DNA of 64,000 nt, from contig NC_045138.2 of assembly GCF_008831285.2 (NCBI RefSeq), forward strand, positions 30,194,001 to 30,258,000. Reading direction: 5' to 3'. Numbering within the stretch: the stretch's first letter is position 1; every line of letters starts with the position of its first letter. A program made the position numbers and the translations under genes. Source of the DNA: Nymphaea colorata (lineage: Eukaryota). Below are positions 56,391 to 64,000 of the stretch, in pieces. A model generated the notes under the pieces. The model was not told the origin of the DNA. It was given only the letters and a program-made list of their open reading frames with translations, and did no database searches.

Positions 56391-56409
56391 CACCCTAATC
56401 GCCCTAATC
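56391..56409 (+). promoter_or_regulatory. Two telo-box-like motifs (CCCTAAT x2) just upstream of the NUP205 5' UTR
   Basis: caCCCTAATcgCCCTAATc ~120 nt upstream of the ATG in GC-rich sequence; degenerate relative to AAACCCTA. Confidence 0.3.
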
Positions 56410-57804
56410 CGCCCGCCCTTTCCTTCTTGCGTCGTGTCTGGCGACGACTGATGCCTAGCCCGCCCCGTCGCCCACCCAAGGTCGCACACTGCCGCCATGT
56501 ACTGGCTAGAGCTCAATAAATGTATAAACAAAAATTATTATATCAACAGGGTCACAAATGATCAGCAGTTCGCGACCAGAGCTGGTGAGTGGCATCCGCC
56601 TATAGAACTCAACTTCGTTTCATGCACGGTTACATGATGCAACGAGGAACCTACTCCTATTTCATATCTTATACATGAAGCTACTATGATAGCCGCATAA
56701 ACTTTTTCTTGTAGCTCCACACTTCATCCTCTTTTCGTTGCATTGCATACACATTTAATGATTAAAACGCTGAGTTTGGCTCCCCTCTTTGAGCTCACGA
56801 TTCGGTCAGCCATTTGTTATAAGCTTGAGTTCGACCCCAACTATTCCTAGGACTAACATTGCCCATGTTCAGGGGTATGTCAAATGCATTAGTATTGACC
56901 TTGGACACATTTTAAAACCACCAAGAAGGCAAATTCTCAAAAGCTAGATTTGTAGTCACTAAAAGCATGTTTCTAACATGATTTTGGCATTATTTCAGTA
57001 CGTTACGAGGCTTAAAGCACATACCCTTTTTTTGTGATCTTTTATGGTCTATTAGTGACAGTGTGTTTTGTCTTATGCGCATAATTCTTCCATAGCTGTG
57101 ACCAAGAAAGCAAAAAAAAATCCTCAAATTGATGCCTTGAAACACCATGTTTAAATCAAAATTGGAATCTACATGCCTCAGACCCAAGCTTGCGATCCTG
57201 ATGTTACTCTTGAAAAGTATTCATATAGAGGAAGGCTTGGTTTTAGTGTATCCCAAATAATGACGATCTGTGATCATATCATTTTACAAGAAATCAAATG
57301 CCCACGAAGTATGCCGTTCATCCATCAGTGTGTACTGCCCAGCAAGCTTCCCCCGAAGTATTATGCATTTATCCTTCTTTACGAGGCAACGACGGGCCAA
57401 GCATTGTTTTCGGGGATTTCACAACGTGATGATGCCAAGTTGTTGGTCAGTGAAACATCTTTTTATTTCTGGATTTTCTTCTTTCAAATTCAAGCGAACT
57501 CTTGCATTTGTAAAACAAATTTGCTTTGGCATTCTAATCATGATTAACACATTATTTGCGATAGTCATGCACATTTATGCCCACACTTTCAGATTATACG
57601 CCTACGGCGCTGGTGCGTGCAAGGCATGACACCAATAAATTTAAATACTGACCACCTGCATGATATACCTACGATTCATACTCATCAATCATAATCATTT
57701 ACTTAATAAAATGAGTTTGCTTCATTTGTTCCAGTTGGTTAATTCGCCTGCGTTCGTCCTTTCTGTGAGGCACTTGTTACAAGTTTTAATTAAAAAAACA
57801 ACTT

Positions 57805-58330
57805 TGGCTGGATAATAGGCGTTCAAAAAGTTCAAGATCCAGTAGAAATATGATCATTTTTCAAACTGAAACACTTAATGAGGTGGATGGATCTATCCTC
57901 TGCATTCCCCTACCACGTTATTATTTGGCAAGGACAGAATGAACCATCAAAGGTCCGCTCCTTCACGTGCCAACCGTAAGAATCCAAATCTTATATATGA
58001 AAATCATGACAGGAAAACTATGCAACACTATGCATTGCTGGTCGAAATTATCGACCCTATAAGGCAAGCAGAGACATGCCCAATATGTTTCTTTGATCCA
58101 CATTGCCAAGATTATGTCTATGGAATACATCAGGAGCCTCAAGCCTACTTGGTCGCAAACATATGAAATTTCTACCATTCAACTTTATCATATAATCCAT
58201 AACTTCAAGGATGGAGTTAAGCTGCAGCCGATCTTATTTTAATATCATATGGCAGCGGTCTTCCTCCTTTGAGGGGCATCAAAATATCAATTGATTTGGT
58301 CTGATAAAAAGCCGGTCATACCTCCACCAA
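57805..58330 (+). mobile_element. Diverged dispersed repeat, probably a degenerate L1 LINE ORF2 3' fragment (copy 2)
   Basis: Homologous to 29330-29845 with a ~100-nt deletion; continues into W..LPPLRGIKISID, resembling the W.PP..G..K.N.DG start of plant L1 RNase H. Confidence 0.5.
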
Positions 58331-60281
58331 GCAAAGTCCAAAAAACATAGGTAAAAGGATCCAATGGGAAAGGTAACTATGAACATACAGATCTTTCACT
58401 TGCCCACTTAGAAGCAGCTGTGCAAGGGGAATTCTCACAGACATCATCCTCATGATCACACTTGTTGCTATTTACATTCTCTAACAAAGATATTGTCGAC
58501 TGAATCCCTTAATATGACAGAAGCATGAAAGGAGATGCAAGTTACACTCTTTCAGCTTTTGTAAGCACTCCATGCATTAAAGGCTGAGTTTTGCATTTAC
58601 TGATTTCCTCTTGCCTCTTTTCAGGAAACACGCCTGAAGTATTTCACCCCACAATTACACGCCTGAAGTCTCCACTGATATTCCAAGTGCTCGTATCACA
58701 CTTTGTCCCCCGTAGTAGGAACATTATCACCGATCCACTCACCTTCGTACACCCAAAAAGGGAAAGATACCAGAAACTTGTAGGATACGAGTAGTTCAAA
58801 CTTCAAACCCAGTATACCCATGTCAGTGCTAGTCACCAACAATGCTCGGGAATAGGTGAAGCAAAACAACCAGAAGAACAAAAACAAGTAGATTAAAAGC
58901 AGAACATTTACCGTCATCAAAGTTCAGAACAAAAATATATATAAGTTTGACGACCTTAACCCCTTGGCCATTGATTGTATGTATATTTAGCAAAAGAAAA
59001 AACATATACCAATCAAACAAATCAGCCACACACAGGATAGCAGTCCAGGTCGTGGAAATAAGTTTGACATCCGATAGAAGATGGCACAACATAACCCACC
59101 GAGTTTTCTCCTTCACAATGCATAAACATGCAGACTTTTGCCGTAAATGAGTGTTAACTGACATTAAAGAACATGTGAAAATGGGCAAACAAATGTAGTT
59201 AAATCTTAAGCCTTCGCTTGCTGTCCAACTTAAATTTGAGACTTTGTTTCTATATCCGACTTTCACTTTACAAAAACATTCAAGTATTTAACCTCTGCCT
59301 CAGAACCGGTAGCTGAGATCGAATTTTATGTGTTTGGTGTACTCTTAGACAACCATGCTGAAGATTGTGTTGCAACTGGCAGCTGGGATCGGAGCTTATG
59401 CCTTTGGAAGGGGAGGTTACACTTTTTCCCCTTGTATTTAAATTTGAACTCATATGAGAGGTCCACAACCACCTAAACATGGGACCCACCAAGTCCAGGA
59501 CAAAGAAGCTTGGTTCCAACTGCCAAAACAATGAAACCAAAGTAGGAATAGAAGTTAAGCTCTGTGAAGAAAGTCAGCATTTGACAAATTTCAGGGAAAT
59601 GGCAAAAGAAGAATTTGCTCAGTCAGCTTTACATATATGTGTGATAGTGTGTGTGTTCTCTATGTAGTTCTGAAGCACATATTGTTAGATGCAACACTGA
59701 GAGATCGTGATACAAAACCCAATTACGTTGTCATTGCATCCAAACATGCCCTGCTACTCAAAATCACATAGCTTCCAATGTCTTTTCCCTACTATTCTCC
59801 ATTTATTCTTCCTTCAACATTTTATAGATTCTACTGATGAGCAGTTCCTTGTGATTTAATCCACTTTCATAAGCTCATAGAACTAAACCTTGGCCCCTCA
59901 AGATCTCCCTCATTTCTTAACTTTCCTCTTCTTATGCTTCACGGTTGTTTAGAAAATCTCCACTTGTCCAAGCATCTTTTTCTTCCTCCAACGTTGTGCT
60001 TTGGCAAATCTCACTCCAGCTTCAAGTCATGTCCTCAGAAACTGAGATTTAATCCATATTTGGACATGAAACATGTTCTTCATTCCTCTTACAATACATA
60101 CACATATATAGATGAATATATATAAAAACCATCAATTACGAACACTGCCAGCCAAAAAGCACCAAGTACCCAAGCACACCTGGTGCACACCAGACTCAAG
60201 TGCAGCAGCCTATTTGAAGCACCATTTTACATTAGAACCAAGAATGACAGAAGCCAGGACAAGAAGTGATCCTGCAGATCA

Positions 60282-60334
<53 letters not shown>

Positions 60335-61321
60335 TAGCTTTTAGACAATTTTCATTCATTCAATGTGAAAGAGAATGAGAATAGAAACTTTGAGTGGCTG
60401 AAACTGAAGCAGCTACTTTATAAAAAGAAAAGAAATGAGCACTTCAGAAAATTACAAATTGCTGCTGAATTTTTAAGATCATCAAACAACCACCAAGGTT
60501 TAAGTGATTCTCAAATAGCTGCTTCTGTGCAAAAAAAATGTTAAAATTGATCATTACATAAATCTTTGATCATAAGTTATTTTGAAAAAAGAAAGCCATC
60601 GCCTCTTAAGACAGCAAGGAACGACAGCGTCGACCCTCACTGTCTGGCAAGGGGGCAAAGATCGAGGGATTGACCGATCCACCCTCACTGTCTGGAGAGG
60701 GTCAGCATGGGCCGAGGTCAAGGACAGTAGTGGGGGTTGAGGATGTTGAGGGTGGAGCTACAGCATCCCCTGAGGGTTGAGGCCAGCATCGCTGGACAGG
60801 GATAGATACAGAAAATACAGAAATGCGTGAATATGTCATTATTTACTATTTAGTATTTGGCACAATAGGAAGAGAAATATAGACAAAGACATCGCAGGGA
60901 TCAATTATGCAAACAAAATAAATACGAATACAATGCCTATCTGAAGAAGAAAAACATGATTTACAGCAGATACTTGAACCAGCAACAAGGGTAAGGCTAT
61001 TAGAAAACTATGTATCTTCGGTGCTACTGAAATATCATCTTCTCAGTCAAGTACTGAAAGACAGTTGGCTCCTTGATGAAGTTAGAAGTAAGAATACATC
61101 ATTACATGATAAATTTACCCCTGGAACATGAACTATATATGAGGGATTTCAATTTCATAAAACCAAACTTATGCTTGTGTACTTAATAGATCTACATCTG
61201 CTAAACCATGCATTTCTTAGTGCAACAGTTGACAAATGACAATTATGTTTTATGCAATACATGCTGAGGTTGGCAAGGTTATCAGCATCTTGTCCGCTTA
61301 TAATATTATTGTCATAACAAG

Positions 61322-61627
61322 CTAAGTAACACAGACATGGCTGGAAGGCTGCCGTAGCCATGTGGGCCGTGTCGACATGCTAACATGGGTATGCGACACA
61401 CTTAGATACGGCAGTTTTGATTTTTTAGTATTTTTTGTGGAATTTTGCATATTTTTTGTGCCGTTACCATATTTCTTGTGGAATTGTGGATATTTTTTGT
61501 GGAATTTTAAACACATATATACATATATGTATATATAGCTTGTCATATCCCCATGTCCAACAATTTTAAAAATGATGCCTGTAACAGTATCCCCGTCCAT
61601 ACCCGTACCAGTATCGATGTGACTTAA
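61322..61627. mobile_element. hAT-type MITE (CTAAGTCAC family)
   Basis: CTAAGTAACAC...GATGTGACTTAA; TSD ATAACAAG / ATAAGAAG (7/8). Confidence 0.75.
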
Positions 61628-62465
61628 ATAAGAAGTTGTATATTCCCCACAAATGAAATAAAACTTAATTGGACTTTTGTCACAAGGAGGTCCATGCACC
61701 CCCATTAGTATTAAAATGTCAAGACAGGCACATCTGTGGGCCTCTCCATTGTTTCCCATTCTTCTTTTTCTCCTATCTCTTGCATGTCAAACAAATAAAG
61801 TTAACATGATCTCAAAGCAGTGGTGATTCCCCAGGAGTGACAAAAAGAATAACCTCATAAGCTCTTCCCAACCTATGCTGTTCTTATATATCAGTTTCAC
61901 ATCTCTGTCTTCCTCCCTATTTGTTCCTTTTCTCTTTCTTTCTTTATCCTATTCTGCTTTTGTGGAGCCTTCCCAAAGCAGTTCCATCCTCATACTGATC
62001 ATGACACGTTCCTGGCTTTTTAAACTTCATACACGTTGGCACTAGACATGCTACACGACCTCCAAGAAAGAATCTGATCTCCTACCAATAAATTTTTTCT
62101 CAAGTTGCTGCTCTCCAAGCCTGACAGGCCGAACGAGAACCGAAAGCAGCAATGACTAAAAGGCAACAAGAACAGGAAACACCAGCAAAGAAAGAAAAGT
62201 AAACCGCTAAATGGCATTAGCTTTAGACTTTTAATTGTCCTTTTAAGTTTTTAACTCAACCTGAAAGCAAGAAAAGAAGGTCGCAAAAAAGAAATTCCAT
62301 GGAGAAAGCACACTCATTATTCCAAAGGTTCAATTATCCATTGCCTGTTAAACAGAACATAAAGCAACTAAACCTTAAGCCTTAAGTGGTCTAATTTATT
62401 CATATCAAGTCATATAATGTGACACATCAACACTTTCCTGGGGAAGGGAGGGGGGGCCGTGGTGG

Positions 62466-62510
62466 TGTGTGTGTGTGAGTGAGACAGAGAGAGAGAGAGA
62501 GAGAGAAAGA
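62466..62510. repeat. (GT)n(GA)n microsatellite
   Basis: Direct reading. Confidence 0.85.
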
Positions 62511-62990
62511 GAAACGAGCAGAAAACCTTTTACCTGTGCACGAACAACATCCAAAGTGGATAGGGAAATCATGACATATGGAAATTATTGCAAACATTTC
62601 CCATTACCATATACTTACATTATATAGTCAGTTTTTGTCAAAACATCATTTTCAAATTTCAACACTGAACAATGATCCCTAAAGCAGCTTGGAAGCGGTC
62701 AATCCTTGAATAAACCCAATAAGTTGCTCTGAACAAAAAAAGTCCGCCATCTGCCCATTGCCACATCTTCATAAAGGATCTACGGTAGCACCATAAACTA
62801 TGCTAGAAAAGGTCGTGTAGCAGAAAGAGAAAACATAGTGCCGTGCGATTTATGCAGCATCATGTAATGATAACAATAATGAAGGGTGCCAAGTTTCTTC
62901 ACAAGGAACACATTGTAATTAACAATACGATGGTAAAACTACTCTCTCTAAAATCAACCAGGTTGATCGCAAGAAGCATGACATACATCA

Positions 62991-64000
62991 TCAAACAGTC
63001 TCGAATTTCTTGAGCATGTCACAATGTGGTGTCTGGTACGAAAAACCCCATTGTAGACGCTGCAGCTCGGCCCGACAATTGCTTGCAAGTATAGAGAAAT
63101 ATTCTCTTTCGATACGATCCTCGAGCCTTAGGCGCTCCGTGCTCTGCTGAGGATAGTCTTGGTGGAAAGCCTCAGACTTCACATAATAAGGAACACCCTT
63201 TGGCGTGTCCACCCGAAGAATGTAAGGATGAGAACGTTGCAGGGAGTAGATGGGATCCGGCGAGGACAGAAAATTCAAGACCAGCAAGAGTAACACAGGG
63301 AGAACCTGAGCCAGAACTCTGAAATTAAACGGCCCTGAGCTGTGAGCTTCACCATGGTGATGGCTTGCCCCTCTCCCCGTCCGGAATCTGTAGACGCCGA
63401 AGGGGGTACCTCCTTGAGGCATACCAAAGAAGAAATTCCGGAAAATCTCATCTGCATCAATGTCTGCATCATAGAACCCATTATAATGGTGGGATCTCGC
63501 CGATGGGCGATCGTACGTAGGCTCCTCAGTTCCCAACAGATCGTATTTTTTTCGAGACTCTTCGTTGCTGAGGCACTGGAATGCCTTGGAGACGGCCTTG
63601 AACGCCTCTTCTGCCCCTGGAGCCTTGTTCTTGTCCGGGTGGACCTTCAGCGACAGCTTCCTGTAGGCCTTGCGGACGTCCTCAACGGAACACCCCTTCT
63701 CCAGCCCCATGATCGCATAGTAATCCTTCTGCTTTTTGATTTGCCTCACAACCGCGACCTGATCATCTGTGTACGTCCTCGACGAAGACCCATTTGCTGA
63801 ATCCCCTGACGATGGAGGGGGTGGCTGCCCCGACTGGGTGGACGATGGTGCAGCAGCCGATGAAGAAGAATCATTCGGCGACGGTGGATTCACGTCGGCG
63901 GCGGTGAAGGAAGCAAGGAGATCATCCACATCCAACGTCGGATCGAGCCGGCGCGCTTTGCTGATGAACTTCTGTGCACGAGCGCGATCGCCGGACTCCA
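62991..64000 (-). CDS. DnaJ (Hsp40) co-chaperone, DNAJB12/14 / plant dnaJ 49-like (J domain + TM + DUF1977); start codon lies beyond the window end
   Basis: Uninterrupted frame from 63998 (ESGDRARAQKFISKARRLDPTL...) to TGA at 62993-62991. J domain with DYYAIMGL...YRKLSLKVHPDKNKAPGAEEAFKAVSKAF, then DADEIFRNFF, a hydrophobic TM segment QVLPVLLLLVLNFL, and a C-terminal C...TPHCDML typical of DUF1977. Confidence 0.93.
   Translation of the reverse strand, partial: ESGDRARAQKFISKARRLDPTLDVDDLLASFTAADVNPPSPNDSSSSAAAPSSTQSGQPPPPSSGDSANGSSSRTYTDDQVAVVRQIKKQKDYYAIMGLEKGCSVEDVRKAYRKLSLKVHPDKNKAPGAEEAFKAVSKAFQCLSNEESRKKYDLLGTEEPTYDRPSARSHHYNGFYDADIDADEIFRNFFFGMPQGGTPFGVYRFRTGRGASHHHGEAHSSGPFNFRVLAQVLPVLLLLVLNFLSSPDPIYSLQRSHPYILRVDTPKGVPYYVKSEAFHQDYPQQSTERLRLEDRIEREYFSILASNCRAELQRLQWGFSYQTPHCDMLKKFETV

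Noticed and set aside
57173..57629. Two overlapping ~120-aa ORFs upstream of NUP205
   Set aside because: No recognisable domain or exon structure; overlapping frames of similar length suggest chance.
63275..63800. Antisense or alternative-frame ORFs over the DnaJ CDS (likewise at 13834-14333 and 56129-56479)
   Set aside because: Shadows of GC-rich coding exons; no recognisable protein features.

Overview
AT-rich, intron-rich flowering-plant nuclear DNA; the six-frame ORF track is mostly exon fragments and microsatellite noise. Four protein-coding genes were reconstructed by hand from GT-AG splice sites and reading-frame continuity. (1) A 9-exon secreted GH28 polygalacturonase (+, 4309-9108, ~414 aa, with a 21-nt microexon). 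(2) A 6-exon RNA 3'-terminal phosphate cyclase-like protein RCL1 (+, 13928-19297, ~380 aa). (3) A 45-exon nucleoporin NUP205 (-, 56273-20619, ~1863 aa), convergent with RCL1. (4) A DnaJ/DUF1977 co-chaperone of the DNAJB12/14-ATJ49 type (-, 62991 to beyond 64000), with a probable 3'-UTR intron. Introns and intergenic DNA carry many non-autonomous transposons: at least four hAT-type MITE families with 8-bp TSDs, a Tourist-like MITE, a solo LTR with a nested TRIM, and LINE, LTR and Helitron relics. I found no convincing previously undescribed gene system. The best leads are a nested TE stack in NUP205 intron 11, a young CpG-palindrome MITE family, a hAT element in the RCL1 promoter, a double insertion at one target site, and several splicing oddities. 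Homology calls come from remembered family motifs, not database searches.
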